Positions 32,214 through 37,753 of a stretch of DNA of 37,753 nucleotides are shown here, in pieces (position 1 is the stretch's first letter; each line of letters begins with the position of its first letter). The position numbers and the translations under genes are program-made. This stretch comes from a virus: positions 1-37,753 of IMG/VR virus record IMGVR_UViG_3300012346_000262; one strand, 5' to 3'. Below the pieces are notes generated by a model. The model saw only the letters and a program-made list of their open reading frames with translations. It did no database searches and was not told the DNA's origin.

Positions 32214-32647
32214 TATTCTGTTGACTTTGCAAGCTGTTTAATTCGAGCGTCAATTTGCTCCTCGGTTAAATCTGTAAGCGTGGTCTTTTGGTCAATCTCG
32301 ATCTTTTCCCCGTAAATCTTAGGGAGCATCTTGGCAAGCATCCATTTGCGGGTATCTACCCTAAGCCTGTTTCTAGCAACTGAGCCAGCGCTAAGGTCTA
32401 GCTTGACATCTTCACCATCGTATTTAGCCTCTAACGTCACTTCATCAGAGATTTCCAGTATCTCATCAGCAAGCAGTCGATAGCCAATATCTCTAGCCCG
32501 TGTGTACTGTGTAAAAAAATCAGGGTTTTGCTTAGTCCAGTTAAGAATTGTTCTCGCTGATACCCCTTGAGATTCTGCCGCCTTCCTAAGGCTTTGCCCA
32601 TCTTCTAGCAAATCGCATACAGCGTCGGCTATTTTTTGATCGTACAT
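32213..32647 (-). CDS. terS: terminase small subunit (HTH type)
   Basis: 'IADAVCDLLEDGQSLRKAAESQGVSARTILNWTKQNPDFFTQYTRARDIGYRLLADEILEISDE' fits the common HTH small-terminase pattern. The start is taken at ATG 32647 (RBS AAAGGAATCCAT). Confidence 0.7.
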   Translation of the reverse strand: MYDQKIADAVCDLLEDGQSLRKAAESQGVSARTILNWTKQNPDFFTQYTRARDIGYRLLADEILEISDEVTLEAKYDGEDVKLDLSAGSVARNRLRVDTRKWMLAKMLPKIYGEKIEIDQKTTLTDLTEEQIDARIKQLAKSTE

Positions 32648-32671
32648 ATGGATTCCTTTGGATTGTCCACC

Positions 32672-32687
32672 GTTGCGGATTCGCAAC
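32672..32687 (-). other. 6-bp hairpin GTTGCG-AATC-CGCAAC in the 58-nt gap upstream of terS
   Basis: Perfect inverted repeat seen in the sequence; function unknown. Confidence 0.3.
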
Positions 32688-32705
32688 ACATGCCGATATT
32701 ATAGA

Positions 32706-32951
32706 TTATCTTGCTTGTCCCATGTCAACTAGGTACGTACTGTTTTTTACATGGCCTTCGCTTTTTAACAGCATTACTCTTCGCCGTTTACCTTCCGCAA
32801 TAATAATTGCTTCATCGCCTATTCTTTTTGGCGTTCCCACTACAAATAGTGGAATGTCATCTCCATCTGTTGCAACAGGAATAAGCCCAAAACCGGGGAT
32901 GTTTACGCAAAAACGGTTTTTTGCTTTTTTGAAAAAAGGCTTGTTTTCCAT
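32706..32951 (-). CDS. hypothetical protein (81 aa)
   Basis: ATG 32951 follows the strong RBS AAGGAGAATC. The longer listed ORF would run into the closing helix of region B. Confidence 0.6.
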   Translation of the reverse strand: MENKPFFKKAKNRFCVNIPGFGLIPVATDGDDIPLFVVGTPKRIGDEAIIIAEGKRRRVMLLKSEGHVKNSTYLVDMGQAR

Positions 32952-33342
32952 GATTCTCCTTATAGCTATCAAGTGAGCGGGCTAGGCTTGATACTAGCTC
33001 CATCGCATCCTATCTATTGACACAGGATAAAGCCCTGCTGGATAGCCCTATTGTTCTGCGTGTCCTCATCCAAAACCGGTTTAGACTTAGCTTTCGCTCC
33101 ACGCCGCCGCTCACTTGATAGCAGTTGTCCGGAATTTCCGGATAACTCAATTGATAACTATCAGAACTGCGGATTGTTTGCGGCATTTCAGCCCATATCA
33201 ACTCAATCCGCATGTGTGAAAGCTCTCATTGCTGAGAACTTCCCCAAAGCCAGCTTATGGCGCTGTGCTTATGCCAGTTCCCGTTAAGACCCTACGAAGT
33301 CTAGCTTTTTCAAGTCTCGGGATACATTCATTATCTCAAATT
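32952..33342 (-). ncRNA. Candidate structured non-coding RNA or leader 'B'; core 32965-33122 is closed by a perfect 16-bp helix
   Basis: About 390 nt without an ORF, downstream of motif copy 5. GCTATCAAGTGAGCGG (32965-32980) is the exact reverse complement of CCGCTCACTTGATAGC (33107-33122). Further helices: GCGGATTG/CAATCCGC (33169-33176 / 33204-33211), a 7-bp stem with a GCAA tetraloop (33222-33239) and GCTAG/CTAGC (32981-32998). Confidence 0.45.
33128..33142. promoter_or_regulatory. 15-bp perfect palindrome TCCGGAA-T-TTCCGGA; candidate dimeric protein-binding site
   Basis: Read directly. It is followed by two GATAACT direct repeats at 33141-33147 and 33153-33159. Confidence 0.35.
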
Positions 33343-33474
33343 GCCTCAAATTTTGCAATAATTGCTCGGCATTGTTTTGCCACAACATTGTTGCCTTTAA
33401 GGGTAGCGATTACCAGCACGCTACGCGCTTGATCTGCGTTTGTCACTGTGTAGCCCATTACTGTGTATGCCATG
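33343..33474 (-). CDS. small protein (43 aa; below the ORF-track cutoff)
   Basis: RBS CTAGGAGTAAATCATG. Hand translation: MAYTVMGYTVTNADQARSVLVIATLKGNNVVAKQCRAIIAKFEAI. Confidence 0.45.
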
Positions 33475-33533
33475 ATTTACTCCTAGTTGCGTTGTTGATG
33501 CCTCAATTATCATCCTGTCCAACACACTTTTAT

Positions 33534-33548
33534 ATAGGTGTTTACCCT
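33534..33548 (-). promoter_or_regulatory. Copy 5 of the conserved motif, at the head of the morphogenesis (late) operon
   Basis: Minus strand reads ACTAAGGGTAAACACCTATATAAAAGTG. It overlaps the stop of ORF 33548..33742. Confidence 0.55.
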
Positions 33549-33742
33549 TAGTATTTGATGATTTTTGAGCGTTCGATGCAGATATATCCGCTTGAGCCGC
33601 GCATCAGTTGCCCGCCAGCTTTATGGCATTTCACTTGGTTTTCGTGCAAATATTCCATGTGTTGCACCGCATAACCAACGAGTGCCGCTAAAGCAACCAG
33701 AGGCCACCAATCATAAATAAACCATTTGATTCGATCAAACAT
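33548..33742 (-). CDS. small membrane protein (64 aa)
   Basis: One TM segment, 'WWPLVALAALVGYAV'. Confidence 0.55.
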   Translation of the reverse strand: MFDRIKWFIYDWWPLVALAALVGYAVQHMEYLHENQVKCHKAGGQLMRGSSGYICIERSKIIKY

Positions 33743-33760
33743 AGTACAATTCTCCGTCTC

Positions 33761-33982
33761 CTAGCCGTTTACGGCTTTTCCCTCTTCGGAGGGATTTTTT
33801 TGTTTTAGTCTTTCTAGCGCTTTTTCCATGCGCTCAAAATAGTAGTTAAAAGCCACATCCCCGTGAACTTCTTGCCCACAGTTTAAGCATGATGCGCTTC
33901 CGATTGTGTTGTAACCATATGACCTAAAGCCATGGGTATGACTGCAAATTTCATGCTTGCCCGGCGTTTCCTGAGTTGACAT
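33761..33982 (-). CDS. hypothetical Cys/His-rich protein (73 aa)
   Basis: ATG 33982 follows GGAGAAAAGA. Contains 'CSHTH...CLNCG'. Confidence 0.5.
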   Translation of the reverse strand: MSTQETPGKHEICSHTHGFRSYGYNTIGSASCLNCGQEVHGDVAFNYYFERMEKALERLKQKNPSEEGKAVNG

Positions 33983-34181
33983 TCTTTTCTCCAAATAAAT
34001 CTAACTGCGATGTGTTGATTTCCTGCGCTTTTTTCACCACATGCGCCCGGATATGTTTACTTTTCCGCGTTTTCTGTACATGTATGCCGATATCTTTAGC
34101 GCAGACTGGGCCAATCTGTTGCAAGCCGTTTACTGTCTCGGCTAGTTTTGATATGGCGCGTCTGCATTTGAGACACTTCAT
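33951..34181 (-). CDS. small zinc-ribbon-like protein with a C-terminal QLDLF motif (76 aa)
   Basis: Contains 'MKCLKCRR...GPVC' and 'TSQLDLFGEK' near the C-terminus. Confidence 0.55.
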   Translation of the reverse strand: MKCLKCRRAISKLAETVNGLQQIGPVCAKDIGIHVQKTRKSKHIRAHVVKKAQEINTSQLDLFGEKNVNSGNAGQA

Positions 34182-34399
34182 GGCTTGTCAGCCTCGTGCC
34201 TTGTGTTCCATGCGTCAATCGCATCTTTCTGAGCTTGTTGCATCCATTCGTCTTTTGTTCCGTTTCCAGATGTCTGTACGCGAACTTCTCCGCACGTTGC
34301 GCCACAGCCGCCACACTCAGCAAGCAACCATCGAAACGTCGAACCCTCTATAAAATCAAGTCCAACGTGACCGCAAAAAGGGCAGGGCTTTATGCTCAT
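34178..34399 (-). CDS. lar: Lar-family restriction alleviation protein
   Basis: 'IKPCPFCGH...ECGGCGATCG...AIDAWNTR' matches the Lar family pattern (CPFCG...C..C...WN.R). Confidence 0.7.
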   Translation of the reverse strand: MSIKPCPFCGHVGLDFIEGSTFRWLLAECGGCGATCGEVRVQTSGNGTKDEWMQQAQKDAIDAWNTRHEADKP

Positions 34400-34851
34400 A
34401 GCTCCACCACCTCGGGCGCTTTTCCCCTGATCTTTTTCATTGTCTTATCAATCATCCGCTCGAATGTGGATAGGTCTATGCTTTGTCTCTGTAGGTCGGC
34501 ATACTCGTACACATCGCGCATTGCTTGTAATCCTAGCCCCGTAATGCCCATTCTGAGCGTCTTTTCGTAGCGTTGCTGGCTTTCTATCAATGCTGCCTGT
34601 AATCGCTGGCAAGCCTCTAATGCTTCGTTTCCAATGCCTTCCAATGCTGTTGTCTCGCAGACATTGAGCATAGCCGTCATGGTCTGCCAATCTTGCAGCG
34701 TGGCTTTTCCCTTAGCGAACGATTCAATCGCGGCCAATTCAAGCAATCGCAGGTTTTGTAATCGCTTTTCTGGCAGGATTGATGCGCCCTCGATTGCGTG
34801 GGCTATCGGGTTGACCAGCTTGTACACCTTGCGTTTAGTTCGCTTTCTCAT
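34396..34851 (-). CDS. hypothetical protein (151 aa)
   Basis: ATGA-coupled ORF, helical and basic at the N-terminus. Confidence 0.6.
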   Translation of the reverse strand: MRKRTKRKVYKLVNPIAHAIEGASILPEKRLQNLRLLELAAIESFAKGKATLQDWQTMTAMLNVCETTALEGIGNEALEACQRLQAALIESQQRYEKTLRMGITGLGLQAMRDVYEYADLQRQSIDLSTFERMIDKTMKKIRGKAPEVVEL

Positions 34852-35144
34852 GATGATTCCATCAGTTTAAGCACTCGGAGCGCGGCCTCGGGGCTGTCCA
34901 CTACGGCTAATGTCCCGCCTGTCCAATTAGCATGAAAATCCTTTTGATCTGGCGTAAGTTTGCGCTTACTTGGGATTTTTGCCCCGTCTTTGACCTCAAT
35001 CAGCGCGGTTTTGTTGCGATAGCCTACCAAAAGATCAGGAAAGCCATCGCCTAGAGCTGCCATGCTGTGAACGGTTGCGCCCGCCGCTCGGAGTACGCTC
35101 ACAATCTGGTCTTGGTTTGCGTCCACCCTTGCTGCGTATCTCAT
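34848..35144 (-). CDS. PD-(D/E)XK nuclease (VRR-NUC / Holliday-junction-resolvase-like)
   Basis: 'GFPDLLVGYRNKTALIEVKD' gives the PD...(D/E)xK signature. It occupies the RusA-like position after the NinB and YbcO-like genes. Confidence 0.6.
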   Translation of the reverse strand: MRYAARVDANQDQIVSVLRAAGATVHSMAALGDGFPDLLVGYRNKTALIEVKDGAKIPSKRKLTPDQKDFHANWTGGTLAVVDSPEAALRVLKLMESS

Positions 35145-35521
35145 TTAAGCGGCTCCAGTTGATCTATCGCCCATTGCGCGGCTTTAATTTCTGCTTTTGT
35201 TGCCGCCACCATATACGAAAATATCTTTTTCCATTCTCGAACTTGTCGCTTATGCGCCGCCTCAAAAGCCGCTTGCCGCTTTTCCTGCGTAGCGTTGTAG
35301 CTCGAATCTAGCCATGTATGGCACTTTGCACATGCCCATACCGTGTAACAGTCATCAGCCTTGCGCCCCATGCCTTTACCGTGCTTTCCTGAGTTGCTAT
35401 GCGCTGCAACCGTTGTCTCGCTCGGGCTACCGTCGCACCTTACCCGCAATAAGCAAGGCTTACCTTGCGCCATTTTGAGTAATACTGGGTTTTCTTTACG
35501 TGGGTTCTTTGGGTACATCAT
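35141..35521 (-). CDS. DUF1364 / YbcO-like putative nuclease
   Basis: 'GKPCLLRVRCDGSPSETTVAAHSN...ACAKCHTWLD' parallels E. coli YbcO 'GRECQVRIPGVCNGNPETSVLAH...ACSACHDEID'. Confidence 0.65.
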   Translation of the reverse strand: MMYPKNPRKENPVLLKMAQGKPCLLRVRCDGSPSETTVAAHSNSGKHGKGMGRKADDCYTVWACAKCHTWLDSSYNATQEKRQAAFEAAHKRQVREWKKIFSYMVAATKAEIKAAQWAIDQLEPLK

Positions 35522-35931
35522 TCCAGATTCACACCTTTAGCAAAAAAGTCATCCCGCACCGCCTCAAAGTATTTTGAAAGCTGCGATTTATTCATGATTG
35601 AGGTCACAGGCACAAAGTCCATAGCAATCAGCTTTTGTTCGTAAGTAAGTGACCGCTTCATGGCTGAATCGTAAAACGTCTTGAACTCATCATCTTCTGC
35701 TCGCATTATCGGTACACCGTGGTGAAGTTTGCAGTATCTTTTCCACCCTTGCGCGTCATATTCTTTCAGCACCGCCGCGATTTCCTCGTACCATGCGTGT
35801 GTTTTGTTGTTCTGCTCTAGGCTACGTGTAGGCTCGCTCACGGTCACAATGTAGCCTTCTGGGGCTTTTTGAACCTCTCGCACAGCCATCAAGCGGGCAT
35901 TGTCGTGAACTAGCCTGAATACTTTTTTCAT
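35518..35931 (-). CDS. ninB: NinB/Orf-family recombination mediator
   Basis: 'PTRSLEQNNKTHAWYEEIA' matches the NinB 'R(S/T)..QN' motif, with the expected size and lambdoid nin-region context. Confidence 0.65.
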   Translation of the reverse strand: MKKVFRLVHDNARLMAVREVQKAPEGYIVTVSEPTRSLEQNNKTHAWYEEIAAVLKEYDAQGWKRYCKLHHGVPIMRAEDDEFKTFYDSAMKRSLTYEQKLIAMDFVPVTSIMNKSQLSKYFEAVRDDFFAKGVNLE

Positions 35932-36149
35932 TAATACCCCAGCAAAGCAACATATTTACGCGCTATATTTCCCTTAGTCGGCTCATTAAATGGCTTCAAT
36001 GGAACTTCCTCTTTTGCTATTTGATCTTTCAAAACAACAAACCATTGCGGGGTTAAATCGTTTGAAGGCTTGGGAACAAGTCTCCCATTAATCTCTATAA
36101 CGATTAAATCGCCAGCAATTAACGGGCCGTGATGTGTTTCAAAGTTCAT
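35931..36149 (-). CDS. hypothetical protein (72 aa)
   Basis: Coupled ORF. Confidence 0.55.
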   Translation of the reverse strand: MNFETHHGPLIAGDLIVIEINGRLVPKPSNDLTPQWFVVLKDQIAKEEVPLKPFNEPTKGNIARKYVALLGY

Positions 36150-36164
36150 AAATTAATACTTTTT

Positions 36165-36392
36165 TCACTGCAAAGCCTCCCGAGCCTCGGCCACCGTCAG
36201 ATTTTGCGGCACTTTACACCGCGCCGTGACCATAAACAGTTTGTCATCCTGCTCCAATCGCTCGGTTTTGACAAGCTGAAACAAGATGCCGCAATCACGG
36301 TATGACGCGCCAAAGTAATCCATTATTTGTTGCATGTTGACTGGCCCATGCTTTGCAACGTAGCGCCATGCTTCGCTTGTGCTTAGTCTCAT
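36165..36392 (-). CDS. hypothetical protein (75 aa), possibly winged-helix
   Basis: ORF context only. Confidence 0.5.
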   Translation of the reverse strand: MRLSTSEAWRYVAKHGPVNMQQIMDYFGASYRDCGILFQLVKTERLEQDDKLFMVTARCKVPQNLTVAEAREALQ

Positions 36393-36529
36393 TTTGCCTG
36401 CGCTTTTGTCAGCAATCGAGCGCCCTGCTCTCGGAGCTTCTGCTCGCTAAATTTGTCAGGTCGTTCCGCTTTTGCTTTCTTAAAAAGCTCTGCGGATTGT
36501 TGAAGTAGGCGTTCTTTCTGTGTGTTCAT
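36389..36529 (-). CDS. small basic protein (46 aa; below the ORF-track cutoff)
   Basis: Hand translation: MNTQKERLLQQSAELFKKAKAERPDKFSEQKLREQGARLLTKAQAK. ATGA overlaps at both ends. Confidence 0.45.
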   Translation of the reverse strand: MNTQKERLLQQSAELFKKAKAERPDKFSEQKLREQGARLLTKAQAK

Positions 36530-36801
36530 TTTTTCTCCAATCTTCCAAAAAGCTGTAGTTGCAAAGCCTCGCTGTCGTCAGGCAACCCGCCTAAACACAT
36601 GCTTTCGCTTCTTCCAAAACAAGTAACTTTCCCGTTGGTAATCTCGGCAAATCCGGCAGATAATGGGTTTTCCCAGGTTGCACGGCTAGCAATTTGCCCT
36701 ACATGAGCGTGATATAGCTCGGTATCTGCTGGGAACAGAATAAAGCCGACATTGCCATCCATACGCACATATTTGTGTTTGTGCCCAATTTGATCTTTCA
36801 T
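36526..36801 (-). CDS. hypothetical protein (91 aa) with a C-terminal QLQLF motif
   Basis: The ORF ends '...DDSEALQLQLFGRLEKK'. Confidence 0.55.
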   Translation of the reverse strand: MKDQIGHKHKYVRMDGNVGFILFPADTELYHAHVGQIASRATWENPLSAGFAEITNGKVTCFGRSESMCLGGLPDDSEALQLQLFGRLEKK

Positions 36802-37010
36802 TTTGATTGCTCCATCAAGTTGTTAATAATCTGCGCTGCCATAACAGCTTCCTCGCGGTTTGTTGTTCGAGTGCCACCGGGCAACACCCAGCCAGCTTCC
36901 ATTAGCCCCCTAGGAGGCCTGTATCCATTTGCATAGATACTGTCTAGCAGTGGATAGGCTTTGCCAGCCCAAGGGACTACTGCGCGGCCTACGGTTAGGT
37001 TTTGTGTCAT
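36798..37010 (-). CDS. hypothetical protein (70 aa)
   Basis: ATGA-coupled ORF. Confidence 0.55.
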   Translation of the reverse strand: MTQNLTVGRAVVPWAGKAYPLLDSIYANGYRPPRGLMEAGWVLPGGTRTTNREEAVMAAQIINNLMEQSK

Positions 37011-37207
37011 TGCTTTCCTTTCATTGCTTCCAAAAATCTCTTCTCAACCCCCACATGAAACCCAGTTTGCTCGCTTCTTTTCTCAAGCACTCGGATTCTG
37101 CGCTCTACATATTCATACCATCCGGGTTGCTTTGCGAGTCCAACGTAATGGTTAAATATGTCGGATTCATGCTGAATCGTCCAATGTATTGTTTCAGGGT
37201 TTTGCAT
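37007..37207 (-). CDS. hypothetical protein (66 aa); first gene behind motif copy 6
   Basis: It has only one in-frame ATG near the 5' end, 7 nt after the motif core. Confidence 0.55.
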   Translation of the reverse strand: MQNPETIHWTIQHESDIFNHYVGLAKQPGWYEYVERRIRVLEKRSEQTGFHVGVEKRFLEAMKGKQ

Positions 37208-37214
37208 GATTGAT

Positions 37215-37229
37215 ATAGGTGTTTACCCT
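37215..37229 (-). promoter_or_regulatory. Copy 6 of the conserved motif, immediately upstream of ORF 37007..37207
   Basis: Minus strand reads ACTAGGGTAAACACCTATATCAATCATG. It overlaps the stop of ORF 37223..37405. Confidence 0.5.
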
Positions 37230-37405
37230 AGTGTCTGCAAATCTTTTGATTCCACAACAAAAGGCGCACATCCTTTGCGCCGAATCATTGCCCACTTACC
37301 ATCGCTGCAAAGAAAGATAACTTCTATTTTCTCCACCTTGTGAGCCCATTTGCCATCTAAGATGTACGATACTTTTTTAGACAAGATCATCTTTTGTCGT
37401 TTCAT
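37223..37405 (-). CDS. hypothetical protein (60 aa)
   Basis: ATGA-coupled to the upstream 45-aa ORF. Confidence 0.5.
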   Translation of the reverse strand: MKRQKMILSKKVSYILDGKWAHKVEKIEVIFLCSDGKWAMIRRKGCAPFVVESKDLQTLG

Positions 37406-37539
37406 ACACTTTCCCCCAGCACCCTAAGCGCCCAGTTAATCCGCTCTATGTGTACGTTCTGACCTGCTGCAACATCGTCCAAAACTCGATGCGCGAGGAG
37501 TTGCTGCGCTGTGCTGTATTCTCGGAGTTCGTATCTCAT
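37402..37539 (-). CDS. small protein (45 aa; below the ORF-track cutoff)
   Basis: Hand translation: MRYELREYSTAQQLLAHRVLDDVAAGQNVHIERINWALRVLGESV. ATGA overlaps with the junction gene and with ORF 37223..37405. Confidence 0.45.
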   Translation of the reverse strand: MRYELREYSTAQQLLAHRVLDDVAAGQNVHIERINWALRVLGESV

Positions 37540-37730
37540 GCTTTTACAGGCTTATGGTTTTCGTCCAGTTTGTAGGCTACATTGGCTTTTATCCCATCTT
37601 CGCCAACGTAAGCAACCACCGTTCTTGGTCGTTTGCCATCCCAGTATTGGAAGTGCATCGTGGCAGAGTCGCCTCCGGTCATCGTGGCAGAGTTGCCACC
37701 GGTCATCGTGGCAGAGTCGCCTCCGGTCAT
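37536..37730 (-). CDS. C-terminal 64 codons of the junction-spanning protein (remaining octapeptide repeats plus a short C-terminal domain)
   Basis: The ORF-track protein MTGGDSATMTGGNSATMTGGDSATMHFQYWDGKRPRTVVAYVGEDGIKANVAYKLDENHKPVKA continues the frame of 1..870 across the circular join. Its TGA stop overlaps the next ATG (ATGA). Confidence 0.8.
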   Translation of the reverse strand: MTGGDSATMTGGNSATMTGGDSATMHFQYWDGKRPRTVVAYVGEDGIKANVAYKLDENHKPVKA

Positions 37731-37753
37731 CTTGGCATAGTTGCCTCCGGTCA
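37656..37753 (-). repeat. 24-bp coding tandem repeat (units catcgtggcagagtcgcc[tc]ccggt), continuing at 1-69
   Basis: Units at 37656, 37680, 37704 and 37728 continue after the join at 22-45 and 46-69. That is six near-identical 24-bp units, each encoding TGG[DN][SY]A[TK]M. Confidence 0.9.
37731..37753. repeat. 23-nt terminal duplication of positions 1-23 (circular closure or assembly overlap)
   Basis: cttggcatagttgcctccggtca occurs identically at 1-23 and 37731-37753. Confidence 0.9.

Noticed and set aside
37656-37753. Regular 24-bp repeats, considered as a possible CRISPR array
   Set aside because: The units are contiguous, with no spacers. They lie in frame inside a coding sequence and encode an octapeptide repeat. 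No cas genes are present.
1-37753. tRNA, tmRNA or rRNA genes
   Set aside because: Scanning by eye found no canonical T-arm (GGTTCGAAT-type) or cloverleaf candidates. A tRNAscan-SE/ARAGORN run would be the definitive check.

Overview
The window is a complete tailed-phage genome. Its last 23 nt (37731-37753) repeat its first 23 nt, giving a circular or circularly permuted unit of 37,730 bp. The join falls inside a gene made of 24-bp tandem repeats. Coding is very dense, with many ATGA/GTGA start-stop overlaps.

There are two transcription blocks. A rightward early/replication-recombination block (6182-11412, + strand) carries a P-loop ATPase, an SSB-like protein ending DDDIPF and a PolB-exo-like 3'-5' exonuclease. 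Everything else is leftward (- strand):
- small early genes (37539->33548): NinB, a YbcO/DUF1364-like protein, a PD-(D/E)XK nuclease and Lar
- a P22-like morphogenesis operon: TerS, TerL, portal, six extra genes, scaffold, P22-type coat, adaptor paralogs, hub-sized protein, low-complexity ejection-like proteins, tail fibre
- a lysis cassette: two membrane proteins, a 372-aa PARP-like protein, GH19 endolysin, overlapping i-/o-spanins (implying a Gram-negative host)
- a leftward arm 6075->1 with small genes and a MazG-SNF2 helicase-DNA methyltransferase operon

No sheath, tube or tape-measure genes are visible, so a podovirus-like virion is likely. I recognised no integrase, repressor, DNA polymerase, primase, tRNA or CRISPR array.

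The points most worth following up:
1. Two ORF-free, hairpin-rich regions (4229-4701 and 32952-33342), each closed by a perfect 16-bp long-range helix.
2. A conserved ~20-bp motif present six times at operon boundaries.
3. A PARP-like ADP-ribosyltransferase signature inside the lysis cassette, together with a macro-like protein fused to octapeptide repeats.
4. A six-gene insertion between portal and scaffold.
5. Two early proteins ending in beta-clamp-binding-like QLxLF motifs.

All homology statements come from motif recognition by eye and need database confirmation.
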